Shown one piece after another: positions 1 through 8,775 of a stretch of DNA of 64,000 nucleotides. Within the stretch, counting starts at the first letter, position 1; the number at the start of each line of letters is the position of its first letter. The stretch covers positions 443,920 to 507,919 of the forward strand of contig JBAZJI010000001.1 of assembly GCA_041651395.1 (NCBI GenBank), given 5' to 3'. The DNA comes from Minisyncoccota bacterium. Its GTDB lineage: Bacteria > Patescibacteriota > Minisyncoccia > Minisyncoccales > JAGOPM01. The notes under the pieces were generated by a model. The model ran no database searches. It was not told where the DNA came from and saw only the letters and a program-made list of their open reading frames with translations. The translations under genes were made by a program, and so were the position numbers.

Positions 1-60
1 CTTGCCAAGAATAATCCCGATAGTGGAAGGTCGGAAATTTTTTTTGCAGTTCGTGGTATG

Positions 61-1128
61 TCATCTTAAAACAGCCAGGCGTGCGATAATGCCCAAAATG
101 GCACAAATGACGCCAATGACCCAAAATCTCATCGTTACTTTATAGGGCGGCCATCCTTTAGCTTCATAATGCAAATGGATGGGCGCAGCCAGAAAAAACT
201 TTTTTTTCAAAAACTTTTTGGAAAGCAATTGGATAATAACCGAAAGCGATTCCCAAACAAGCAAAAAGCCGATTAGCGGCAGATACATTACCGAGTTGGT
301 AAAAAAGGCCACGACCGCCAAACTGGCGCATAAAGCCATAGAGCCAGTTTCCCCCATATAAAATTTAGCCGGCGGAATATTAAACCACAAATAAGTTAAA
401 AGCGAACCGAAAACCGCAAAGCAAAACGAGGCCAAATCGTATTGATGAAACATCCAAGCAATTAAACCATAAGCGCCAAACATCGAAAGGAAAGAACCAG
501 CTGCTAAACCATCGATACCATCGATAACGCCGCCGCTATAAGTAGCCATCATTACGACAATGAAAAATAAAATGTAAAATATTCCAAAATTAACATCCCC
601 GACAAATGGAATATAAACTGTGCTCCAGCCGAGCTTGTAATAGCACCACCACCCGCCGACAAAACCCATAAAAGCAAACAAAAGCAGGCGATAACGCAAA
701 CTCAAACCACCGGCGATATAGTCCCCCTTGCCGTTAACTTGCAGCAGGTCGTCAACCAAACCAACGATAGCAGCTACCACGAGCGCAAAAAATGGTATCC
801 AAGTTTGATCGCGGGTAAAAAAATCTAAACTACCCAGCCCAGGAACACCAAACTTTGCACAAATATGTAAAATAAAGGCCACAACCAACGGCGGAAGCCA
901 AATAAGCACACCACCCATGCGTGGGGTTTTAATTTCGCCCTCACCATGCAGCTTTTGAAAATTTGAAACATCCTGCCCGTCAATAGCTTTAGTGCGCACA
1001 CTCTTGCGCCAAAACTTATTTTTATAAAGAAACTCGGTCACAATCGGGACCAGGATCTGCGCGGTTAAAAAACTAAAAGCCGCGATGGTTAAAACCTTAA
1101 AGGCTGCAATAGTGTTAATAAAAGCCAT
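61..1128 (-). CDS. mraY: Phospho-N-acetylmuramoyl-pentapeptide transferase (MraY family)
   Basis: 355-aa polytopic membrane ORF. MraY-type motifs are visible: IKTPRMGG, VDDLLQV, IDGIDGLAAG, and C-terminal APIHLHYEAKGWPPYKV (cf. PIHHHFE..GW). Confidence 0.85.
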   Translation of the reverse strand: MAFINTIAAFKVLTIAAFSFLTAQILVPIVTEFLYKNKFWRKSVRTKAIDGQDVSNFQKLHGEGEIKTPRMGGVLIWLPPLVVAFILHICAKFGVPGLGSLDFFTRDQTWIPFFALVVAAIVGLVDDLLQVNGKGDYIAGGLSLRYRLLLFAFMGFVGGWWCYYKLGWSTVYIPFVGDVNFGIFYILFFIVVMMATYSGGVIDGIDGLAAGSFLSMFGAYGLIAWMFHQYDLASFCFAVFGSLLTYLWFNIPPAKFYMGETGSMALCASLAVVAFFTNSVMYLPLIGFLLVWESLSVIIQLLSKKFLKKKFFLAAPIHLHYEAKGWPPYKVTMRFWVIGVICAILGIIARLAVLR

Positions 1129-2462
1129 TATTGTTTCTTAGTTTTTCTTTCTTGGACTGTGGAGAGTCTTATATCAATACGCTCCATATCGCGCGGGAAA
1201 AGAGAAGCATTCGCCACATTATCCAGGCCTAAAAATTGCTTAGTCACCCGCTCGATGCCGATGGCAAACCCGCCCTCTGGTGGCATGCCATACTTAAAAG
1301 CCTCCAAATACATTTCAAAGTCTTCGGGCTTATTGCCCCACTTCTTAATGTTAGCCAGAAGCTGTTCATAATCATTAATGCGCTGTCCACCGGTCACAAT
1401 CTCTAAACCTTTGAAGAGTAAATCAAAACCTAGAGTATACTCTGGGTCTTGCGGATCAGGATACGTATAAAACGGCCGTTTTTTAGTCGGGAAATGTGTG
1501 ATAAAAATAAAATCAGAACCATATTCTTTTTTGGCCCACTCGCAAATTTTGCGCTCATCCTCGGGCGCTAAATCAGGCTCATCCGTGGAAACGCCTAAAA
1601 GTTTTTGCGCCTCGCGCAATTTTATTCTAGGAATCGGCCGGCTCAAATCCAAAGGCTCAACATTATAAATTTTGCAAGCATCAACTTCTTGCAAAGCCTT
1701 GCCCATCATGGCCTTTAACGTGCCCTCGCACATAACCATGATATCTTCCCAGGAATTAATAAAACCCATTTCTGCATCCAAGCTGACATACTCACTTAAG
1801 TGTCGGGAAGTGGCGTGGGGCTCGGCCCGATAAGCTTTAGTCACGGTTAAAACGCGTTCATAAACGCCCACCAGCATTTGTTTGTGGAATTGCGGGCTTT
1901 GCGCTAAATAAGCATCATAATCGTAATAATCAACATGGAAAACTTCACTGCCTCCTTCGGTCGCCACACCCACCAGGCCCGAGGCCTGGAATTCCGTAAA
2001 ATCGTTTGCCTTAAGGTGTTCGCGAAAACCATCAATTAATTTTTCTTGCACCTTAAAAATAGCCTTCAGCTCCGGCGCGCGCAAAGAAAACGGGCGGTGG
2101 TCCAAAACCACCGGCATACTGACTTCCTTGATATTCTTTAATTCAAAAGGTAAAATTTCCGACTTGGCTAAAACAACAATTTCACTGGCCTGCATTTCAA
2201 TGCCTCCGGTAATGGAATCTTTATTGACTAATTTTTCTGGCCGCTTTGCAATTTTGCCTTTTATTTGCAAAACCCATTGCTCCTTGATGCCCTCGGGCAG
2301 CGCCATATTTTTTAATTCACAAACCACTTGCAAAGAGCCGGTTCTATCACCCAAATCCAAGAAAACCAGCTTACCCAAATCGCGGCGGGTCAAAACCCAA
2401 CCCTGAACCAGAACTTCTTCGCCGACTTTCTCGATTGTTTCCTTGATTAATATTCGTGACAT
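1128..2462 (-). CDS. aspS: Aspartyl-tRNA synthetase, archaeal/eukaryotic type (class IIb)
   Basis: 444 aa with an N-terminal OB anticodon-binding region. Motifs: QSPQFHKQ, class II motif 2 YRAEPHATSRHLSEYVSLDAEM, motif 3 GGFAIGIERV. The size fits type-2 AspRS, but AsnRS is not fully excluded. Confidence 0.8.
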   Translation of the reverse strand: MSRILIKETIEKVGEEVLVQGWVLTRRDLGKLVFLDLGDRTGSLQVVCELKNMALPEGIKEQWVLQIKGKIAKRPEKLVNKDSITGGIEMQASEIVVLAKSEILPFELKNIKEVSMPVVLDHRPFSLRAPELKAIFKVQEKLIDGFREHLKANDFTEFQASGLVGVATEGGSEVFHVDYYDYDAYLAQSPQFHKQMLVGVYERVLTVTKAYRAEPHATSRHLSEYVSLDAEMGFINSWEDIMVMCEGTLKAMMGKALQEVDACKIYNVEPLDLSRPIPRIKLREAQKLLGVSTDEPDLAPEDERKICEWAKKEYGSDFIFITHFPTKKRPFYTYPDPQDPEYTLGFDLLFKGLEIVTGGQRINDYEQLLANIKKWGNKPEDFEMYLEAFKYGMPPEGGFAIGIERVTKQFLGLDNVANASLFPRDMERIDIRLSTVQERKTKKQ

Positions 2463-2463
2463 T

Positions 2464-3474
2464 TTATTTAAGCAAATTTTTGTAGTCCAATTTCATGGCC
2501 TGCTTAACCAAATCCAAAGTTTCCTGCGCTTCCGCTCTGGCGCGCTTATTGCCAGCCGCCAAAATTTCGGCAATCAGTTTATCGTTCTTTTCAAATTTGA
2601 CACGGCGCTCCCTAATCGGATCTAGAAATTCATTAATACGCTTGGCAATTTCTTTTTTACATTCCACGCAACCGATTTTGCCTTCCCGGCACTGTTGTGC
2701 TCTTTGCTCGGCTAAATCTTTGGCAAAAACCTGATAATATTTGTAAACATTGCAAATTTCCGGATCGCCCGGGTCGTCCTTTTTTAACTTTTTCGGATCG
2801 GTTATGGCTTTGGCAATTTTTTCCTCCACCTCTTTGGCGCTATCAGATAAGTAAATAGCATTGCCCAAAGATTTGCTCATTTTGCGGCCATCAGGACCAA
2901 GCAGACGGGGCGTGCTGCCTACAAGAGGTTCCGGTTCGGTGAAAATTTCTTTGAAATTGGAATTAAAATATCTGGCAATCTCGCGCGTTTGTTCAACATG
3001 AGGCAGCTGGTCTTCGCCCACCGGCACCACATCGGCGCGGACACATAAAATATCAGCGGCTTGAATAATGGGCCAACCGATATAGCCAAAAGTTGGGCCC
3101 TCCACGCCTTTATTCTTGATTTCATCTTTGATGGTTGGGTTGCGCTGCACGCGCGACATTTTAACCATCATGGAAAATATTAAATTGAGCTCGGCAATTT
3201 GGGGAACTTGCGACTCCACAAAAATACTGCACTTGGCCGGGTCGATGCCCACAGAAAGATAATCCAAAACCAAATCAGAAATATTTTTTTCAAAGGTAGC
3301 CGTATTCTCGACATTATCGGTCAAATATTCATAATCGGCGATTATAAAAAAACAATCATAGTCGTTTTGCAGCTTAAGCCTATTTTCCAGAGAGCCGACA
3401 TAGTGGCCTAAGTGAAGGCGGCCGCTTGGGCGATCCCCAGTTAGGATGCGTTTTTTATCTGCGCTTTTGGGCAT
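2464..3474 (-). CDS. trpS: Tryptophanyl-tRNA synthetase
   Basis: 336 aa with a HIGH-type motif (GRLHLGHY) and KMSKS. The overall layout is class Ic TrpRS. The start overlaps the valS 3' end by 20 nt. Confidence 0.9.
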   Translation of the reverse strand: MPKSADKKRILTGDRPSGRLHLGHYVGSLENRLKLQNDYDCFFIIADYEYLTDNVENTATFEKNISDLVLDYLSVGIDPAKCSIFVESQVPQIAELNLIFSMMVKMSRVQRNPTIKDEIKNKGVEGPTFGYIGWPIIQAADILCVRADVVPVGEDQLPHVEQTREIARYFNSNFKEIFTEPEPLVGSTPRLLGPDGRKMSKSLGNAIYLSDSAKEVEEKIAKAITDPKKLKKDDPGDPEICNVYKYYQVFAKDLAEQRAQQCREGKIGCVECKKEIAKRINEFLDPIRERRVKFEKNDKLIAEILAAGNKRARAEAQETLDLVKQAMKLDYKNLLK

Positions 3475-5800
3475 GTTTTTTGACTGATTTTTTTGCTTTA
3501 GGCTTGCTCTTTACAACCTTCTTAACTTGTTTTTTAACAGGCTTTTTAGCTGCTTTCTTAGGTTTAGCCTTGCTTAAAATGGGCTTTTTGGCTGGTTTAA
3601 TGGCCTTCTCCGGAGCCTTGGGAGCCAAGGTGGCTGGTAATAAGGCCGATTGGACTGTGGGCCATTTTTCCACAATTAAGGCCTTAGCTTTATTCTCAAT
3701 GGGCAGCTTTTGATAAAGCGCCTCGGTTACAAACGGCATAAAGGGGTGCAAAAGTGCCAAAGAATTTTTAAGCACAAAAAGCAGAATTTTCAGAGTATTT
3801 TCTTTTTCCTCTTCGGTTTTAGAGTTTTTTATTTGTTCTTTGGATTTCTCAATGTAGATGTCGCAGAACTGGTGCCAAAAATATTCGTAAATATCGCGGA
3901 TCGCCGTGCCGAAAGCAAATTTAGAAATATTTTCCGTAGTGGATTCGATTAAAACATCTAGCTTTTCCAAAATTTCTTTATCGGCTTGCGTAACGGCCAC
4001 CGGCTTTTCTTTGACGTCGTAAGTTTTGCCTTCCGCAATATCCATAATGGCAAAACGAGTGGCGTTCCAAACTTTGTTGGCAAACTTTTTGCCCGCAATA
4101 ATAGCATCTTCGCTAAAGTGAATATCTTGCAAATCAGTGGCCTGCCAAGCCAAGCCCATACGCGTAGCATCAGCCCCATAACTTTCCACTAAGCCGATCG
4201 GGTCAATTCCGGTTCCTAATGATTTGCTCATGCGCTTGCCGTCCTTAGTTAAAACCGTGGCATGGATAATGACATTCTTAAAAGGTTCGCGCCCGGTAAA
4301 CTCCAATCCGGAAAAGATCATCCGGCTCACCCAAAGATTAATGATATCGCGCGCGGTGGAAAGCGTGCTAGTCGGGTAAAAATCCTGCAAATCTTTGGTA
4401 TTTTCTGGCCAGCCAAAAACGGCAAACGGCCATAGAGCGGAAGAAAACCAAGTGTCAAAAACATCTTCTACTTGCTTGGGTTCGCAATTACCGCACTTAG
4501 GACACTTGGCGGGTTTTTGAGTTGCGCAAAAATATTCTTGGCTTTCTTGGCATTGCCAAATGGGCATCTGATGTCCCCACCAAAGCTGGCGGGAAATACA
4601 CCAATCCTGAATATTTTCCATCCAATTAAACATCAGCTTTTCCCAGCTCTTGGGATAAAATTTTACCTTACCGCTTTTAACTGAAGCTAAAGCCGCTTCC
4701 GCTAATGGCTTCATTTTTATAAACCATTGCTCGGAGGGCAGCGGCTCAATTACGGTATGACATCGGGCACAATGCGGCTTTTGGTGCGTATGATCTTCAA
4801 TCTTCACGAGCAAATCAAGCTGCTTCAAATCTTCCACAATAATCTCTCTAGCTTGCGCGGCTTTAAGGCCCTGGTATTTAGGCGGAACATTTCTATTTAA
4901 CCGGCCAAACTGATCCATTATCTCAATCATCTCTAGCTTGTGGCGCACGCCCATTTGATAATCGGTAAAATCATGGAAAGGTGTGACCTTAACCATACCC
5001 GTGCCGAATTCCTTATCAACAGAATCGTCGGCAATCACCGGGATCTCTTTATTAACCAAAGGCAAATAAACAGTTTTGCCGACTAAGTTTTTATAGCGGG
5101 CATCGCTGGGATTTACGGCCACAGCCGTGTCCCCTAACATGGTTTCTGGCCTGGTGGTGGCCACAATGACAAACTCCTTGCCATCTTTGGTAATCGGATA
5201 TTTGATGTGCCAAAGTTTTCCCTTCTCTTCTTCGCTTTCCACTTCCAAATCCGAAAGAGAAGTTTGGCAACGGGTGCACCAATTAATAACGCGCTTGCCG
5301 CGGTACACTAAACCTTTTTTGTAGTAAGTTACAAAAGCCGCCTGTACTGCCTTGGCATAGCCCTCGTCCATAGTAAAACGCGTGCGGCTCCAATCGCAAG
5401 AAGCGCCCATGCGCCTAATTTGGTTCAAAATTATGTCGCCATATTTATTTTTCCACTCCCAAACCTTTTTCAAGAATTCTTCTCGTCCTAACTGGTGGCG
5501 ACTGATATTTTGCTTGCGCAATTCTTTTTCAACAACATTTTGGGTCGCAATGCCGGCGTGATCAATGCCCGGAACCCAGACTGTCCGGTATCCTTGCATG
5601 CGTTTGCTGCGAATGAGGACATCTTGGATAACCAAATTGAGGGCATGTCCCATATGCAAATTGCCCGTAACATTAGGCGGGGGCAAGGTGATACTATATG
5701 TTTTTTTCCCGGTATCCGAAGGCTGGAAGAACTTTGAGCTCTCCCAAAAATTATAAATTTCCCCCTCGTTTTTCTTGGGGTCGTATTGCGGATCTATCAT
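3455..5800 (-). CDS. valS: Valyl-tRNA synthetase with a lysine-rich C-terminal tail
   Basis: 781 aa with the ValRS hallmark PPPNVTGNLHMGHALN, KMSKSLGTGIDP and a CP1 editing region. The last ~50 aa are a K/P/A-rich tail rather than a coiled coil. Confidence 0.9.
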   Translation of the reverse strand: MIDPQYDPKKNEGEIYNFWESSKFFQPSDTGKKTYSITLPPPNVTGNLHMGHALNLVIQDVLIRSKRMQGYRTVWVPGIDHAGIATQNVVEKELRKQNISRHQLGREEFLKKVWEWKNKYGDIILNQIRRMGASCDWSRTRFTMDEGYAKAVQAAFVTYYKKGLVYRGKRVINWCTRCQTSLSDLEVESEEEKGKLWHIKYPITKDGKEFVIVATTRPETMLGDTAVAVNPSDARYKNLVGKTVYLPLVNKEIPVIADDSVDKEFGTGMVKVTPFHDFTDYQMGVRHKLEMIEIMDQFGRLNRNVPPKYQGLKAAQAREIIVEDLKQLDLLVKIEDHTHQKPHCARCHTVIEPLPSEQWFIKMKPLAEAALASVKSGKVKFYPKSWEKLMFNWMENIQDWCISRQLWWGHQMPIWQCQESQEYFCATQKPAKCPKCGNCEPKQVEDVFDTWFSSALWPFAVFGWPENTKDLQDFYPTSTLSTARDIINLWVSRMIFSGLEFTGREPFKNVIIHATVLTKDGKRMSKSLGTGIDPIGLVESYGADATRMGLAWQATDLQDIHFSEDAIIAGKKFANKVWNATRFAIMDIAEGKTYDVKEKPVAVTQADKEILEKLDVLIESTTENISKFAFGTAIRDIYEYFWHQFCDIYIEKSKEQIKNSKTEEEKENTLKILLFVLKNSLALLHPFMPFVTEALYQKLPIENKAKALIVEKWPTVQSALLPATLAPKAPEKAIKPAKKPILSKAKPKKAAKKPVKKQVKKVVKSKPKAKKSVKKHAQKRR

Positions 5801-5904
5801 ATCGAATTGTCAAATATACATTAGCACTTTTGGCTAAATATTTCAAAGGGTTTTATGGCTGTGGAGAATGTTAAAAAACCAATAATCGCGACAAGCTTCA
5901 TCTA

Positions 5905-5933
5905 TTGATTTTTATACGGTAATATGTTATAAT
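5905..5933 (+). promoter_or_regulatory. Sigma-70-type promoter for ORF 5971
   Basis: TTGATT (5905-5910), a 17-nt spacer, then TATAAT (5928-5933). The -10 lies inside a 21-bp palindrome (5922-5942). GGAGG sits 7 nt before the ATG. Confidence 0.55.
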
Positions 5934-5970
5934 ATAACATATTGTACTATAAAAATTTTGGAGGATTGCA

Positions 5971-6417
5971 ATGACGGAAAATTTAGATACTACCAATGTA
6001 TTGGAGAAGCTCGGAAAAGACATAAATGATTTTCGTTGGGCAAAGGAAAAAATGCCCTCGAAACTTGAAGAATGTCACGATGGTGGAGACGACTCGGAAT
6101 ACTTTGAAGATGGATATGTTCTGGGGAAAGTGGCAATTTTTGAGCACGCGGGCTTTTTGGCTCTCGACATCCAAATAAAGCACCGATGCGGCGAAGACAC
6201 ACTCTGGGCATATTGCATGCTCTTGCACCAATATGCATTTGCGCATGTTGGCCAGGTTGGTTCCGGTATTCATCGCTTTGTGCCAACAAAGTTCAAGGGT
6301 AGACCCATCACTTTTCAAAAGCAATATCTTGGCTGGACAGCCATGGATATTCAAGCACAATTCCTAGCATGTCGATTTTTCGAGGATACACATACACTCA
6401 ACTTAGACATTTTGTAA
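5971..6417 (+). CDS. Hypothetical protein (orphan, own promoter and terminator)
   Basis: 148-aa ORF preceded by a GGAGG RBS and a consensus-like promoter and followed by a hairpin terminator. I recognise no family. Confidence 0.55.
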   Translation: MTENLDTTNVLEKLGKDINDFRWAKEKMPSKLEECHDGGDDSEYFEDGYVLGKVAIFEHAGFLALDIQIKHRCGEDTLWAYCMLLHQYAFAHVGQVGSGIHRFVPTKFKGRPITFQKQYLGWTAMDIQAQFLACRFFEDTHTLNLDIL

Positions 6418-6433
6418 TCACATGACAAAACAA

Positions 6434-6462
6434 ATCCCGCTCATCGAGCGGGATCTTTTTTA
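6434..6462. terminator. Bidirectional rho-independent terminator
   Basis: ATCCCGCTC-atc-GAGCGGGAT (9-bp stem) followed by CTTTTTTATTT on the + strand. An A-rich tract on the other side serves convergent metK. Confidence 0.65.
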
Positions 6463-6499
6463 TTTGATATTTGGTAGTTTGCTTTGGATATTGGCCTTC

Positions 6500-7477
6500 T
6501 TATTTATCCCACTTAAACCCATTGCCAAAATGCCCATACATGGCAGTCTGCCTAAATTGGGGTTTGCATAAATTCAAAAATTTAATTATTCCGGCCGGAG
6601 TTAAATCATATCCTTTGATATGGGGAATAAACTTAATCTTCCCCCTTTTATGAATCTCGGCACAAGCCATAACCGGCTCGGCTACGCCAATGGCATAAGC
6701 TAAACGCACAAACACTTGCCCGGCTTTTTCTTTTTTAAGCAAATCTACGGCAATTTTGCGTGCCATATAAGCCGCTGACCTATCCACTTTGGTATTATCT
6801 TTTCCAGAAAAGCACCCGCCGCCAATGGAAACATTGGGACCATAATTATCCACAATTAGCTTGCGGCCTGTTAAGCCTGTGTCCGCGGCAAAACCACCGA
6901 TAGTCCATTCTCCGGCCGGATTTTTAAGCCAACGGGTATCGCCCTCTTTAATCCCCCACTTTTTCAAGAGCTTTAGCAATTCCGCGGGATAGTCCCCGCA
7001 AACACTGGTAACAACTTTGGTAATTTTGCCATCTTCTACCGTTACTTGGCTTTTGCCGTCACGCGGACCCATAGCTTTACTAAGCTGGCGGGAAAGCATA
7101 ACCTCCAAAGGCATCATCTCTTTGGTTTCATTACATGCATAGCCCACCATTATGCCCTGATCCCCGGCCCCTCCCACATCGACCCCGGCCTTAATTTGGG
7201 GCGATTGCTGCACAATATTAATAGTTACACTGACCGCATCATTATTACCGCATGACTTATAAACGTCCTTGGCGATTTGCTCAAAATCGATCTTGGCATG
7301 GCTTGTAATTTCTCCCACAATAAAAATCTTACTATGCCCGCCCATGGTTTCCACTGCCACTCTTGAATATGGGTCTTGGCGCAACGCTTCGTCTAAAATG
7401 GCGTCGCTAATTTGATCGCAGATTTTGTCAGGATGTCCGATTGCAACACCTTCCGCTGTTTTGATTATATGTTTCAT
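6500..7477 (-). CDS. metK: S-adenosylmethionine synthetase (short form)
   Basis: 325 aa with GHPDKICDQISD, GAGDQGIMVGYA, GGGCFSGKD.TKVDRSAAY. It is about 60 aa shorter than typical bacterial MetK. Confidence 0.9.
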   Translation of the reverse strand: MKHIIKTAEGVAIGHPDKICDQISDAILDEALRQDPYSRVAVETMGGHSKIFIVGEITSHAKIDFEQIAKDVYKSCGNNDAVSVTINIVQQSPQIKAGVDVGGAGDQGIMVGYACNETKEMMPLEVMLSRQLSKAMGPRDGKSQVTVEDGKITKVVTSVCGDYPAELLKLLKKWGIKEGDTRWLKNPAGEWTIGGFAADTGLTGRKLIVDNYGPNVSIGGGCFSGKDNTKVDRSAAYMARKIAVDLLKKEKAGQVFVRLAYAIGVAEPVMACAEIHKRGKIKFIPHIKGYDLTPAGIIKFLNLCKPQFRQTAMYGHFGNGFKWDK

Positions 7478-7528
7478 AATAATTTTTTATTGAAAAAACG
7501 CCTGCAGGAAAAGAAAGCGTTGTAACGA

Positions 7529-7646
7529 TTATCTCTCCCCTGAGGGTTTTAGATTTGGCACCTTCTGCGCTGGCAGGGTTGCCGGGTGGTCATCGGGCTA
7601 AATCCCGCATTCGCCTATTGGCGAAACTCGCACCGCTCTTGATAAT
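7529..7646 (-). promoter_or_regulatory. SAM-I (S-box) riboswitch in the metK leader
   Basis: The minus strand reads AUUAUCAAGAGCGGUGCGAG[UUUCGCCAAUAGGCGAAUG]CGGGAUUUAGCCCGAUGACCACCCGGCAACC..GGUGCCAAAUC..CCCUCAGGGGAGAGAUAAU. This matches the SAM-I core (UUAUCAAGAG, GCCCGAUGA, CCCGGCAACC, GGUGCCAA, AGAUAA closing P1). The bracketed extra hairpin lies in the P2 region. Confidence 0.8.
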
Positions 7647-7664
7647 TTATTTGATTGTTAATTA

Positions 7665-7692
7665 ATTATAAATATCCTAAAGATTTTGGCAA
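7665..7692 (-). promoter_or_regulatory. Sigma-70-type promoter for riboswitch-metK
   Basis: Minus strand: TTGCCA (7687-7692), 16 nt, TATAAT (7665-7670), about 20 nt upstream of riboswitch P1. Confidence 0.55.
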
Positions 7693-7702
7693 ATCCCTCT
7701 CA

Positions 7703-7731
7703 TTGCCAACAAAGATAATTTATGGTACAAT
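7703..7731 (+). promoter_or_regulatory. Sigma-70-type promoter for obg (divergent from the metK promoter)
   Basis: TTGCCA (7703-7708), 17 nt, TACAAT (7726-7731) preceded by an extended -10 TGg. Confidence 0.5.
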
Positions 7732-7746
7732 ATAAATAACAGAAAT

Positions 7747-8715
7747 ATGCTGATTGATGATGTCAAAATAACTGTATATGCCGGCAAGGGAGGTGCTGGC
7801 GAAGTCGCATGGTCCAGAATTAAGCTCCAAAGAGGCCCAATGGGTGGAGATGGCGGCAAAGGCGGCAGCGTTTACGCTGTCGGTGTTTCCAATTTAGGAG
7901 CACTTAACCAATTCCGCTATATCAAAGACATCAAAGCCGAAAACGGCAAAGCCGGCGAAGGGTATTTGCGCCGGGGCCAAACAGGCAGTGACAAATTCAT
8001 CAATGTGCCGGTAGGAACGGTCATCCATTTTCTAGATAAGGATCAAAAAATAGAAATTACTAAAATCGGCGAAAAAGAACTTTTGGCCAAAGGCGGTAAT
8101 GGCGGCTGGGGCAATTATCGTTTTCAATCCTCGACTAACCGCTCGCCAAAAAATGCCAATCCCGGCCTGCCCGGCGAAACCGTTAAATTGCGCCTCGAGC
8201 TAAAAATGATGGCCGATATCGGTTTAATCGGCTTGCCTAATGCTGGCAAATCTAGTCTGATAAACGAAATTACTAATGCTCAAAGCCGCGTAGCTAATTA
8301 CCCTTTTACTACCCTAGAACCTCACTTAGGAGTTTTTCAAGATTTGGTTATTGCCGACATTCCCGGAATTATCGAAGGCGCGGCCAGCGGCAAAGGCTTG
8401 GGAATTAAATTTTTGCGCCATGTGGAGAGAACTAAAACCCTTTTCCATCTAATCTCCGCCGAATCAAGCACCCCGATTAAAGACTACAAAGCCATTCGCA
8501 AGGAATTAGGCAAATACAATAAAGCACTTTTGGAAAAAGACGAATATATATTTTTAACTAAGAGTGACGCCACTAAGACCAAAGATGTAGCGAAAAAGTT
8601 GGCCAAGCTCAAAAAAATAAGTCCGAGCGCCATTGCCATTTCTATTTACGACTACGACAGTATTCAAAACGTTAACCGTATTCTGGAAAAACTTAATAGC
8701 GAAAAGCAGGCCTAA
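7747..8715 (+). CDS. obg: GTPase Obg (short, without the C-terminal OCT domain)
   Basis: N-terminal glycine-rich Obg fold (GKGGAGEVAW..GGDGGKGGSVY). G1 GLPNAGKSSL, G3 DIPGIIEGA, G4 TKSD. Confidence 0.9.
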   Translation: MLIDDVKITVYAGKGGAGEVAWSRIKLQRGPMGGDGGKGGSVYAVGVSNLGALNQFRYIKDIKAENGKAGEGYLRRGQTGSDKFINVPVGTVIHFLDKDQKIEITKIGEKELLAKGGNGGWGNYRFQSSTNRSPKNANPGLPGETVKLRLELKMMADIGLIGLPNAGKSSLINEITNAQSRVANYPFTTLEPHLGVFQDLVIADIPGIIEGAASGKGLGIKFLRHVERTKTLFHLISAESSTPIKDYKAIRKELGKYNKALLEKDEYIFLTKSDATKTKDVAKKLAKLKKISPSAIAISIYDYDSIQNVNRILEKLNSEKQA

Positions 8716-8740
8716 AACTTTTCGGTATTTTGCACAAACA

Positions 8741-8768
8741 AAAAAATCCCCTCACGGGGATTTTTTTA
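8741..8768. terminator. Bidirectional rho-independent terminator
   Basis: AAAAAATCCCC-tcac-GGGGATTTTTTT lies between convergent obg and ORF 8776. Confidence 0.7.
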
Positions 8769-8775
8769 TAATTAG

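Noticed and set aside
3426-3713. 95-aa hydrophobic + strand ORF (FFALGLLF...)
   Set aside because: It is a mirror artefact of the Lys-rich ValRS tail: AAA/AAG codons read antisense as TTT/CTT.
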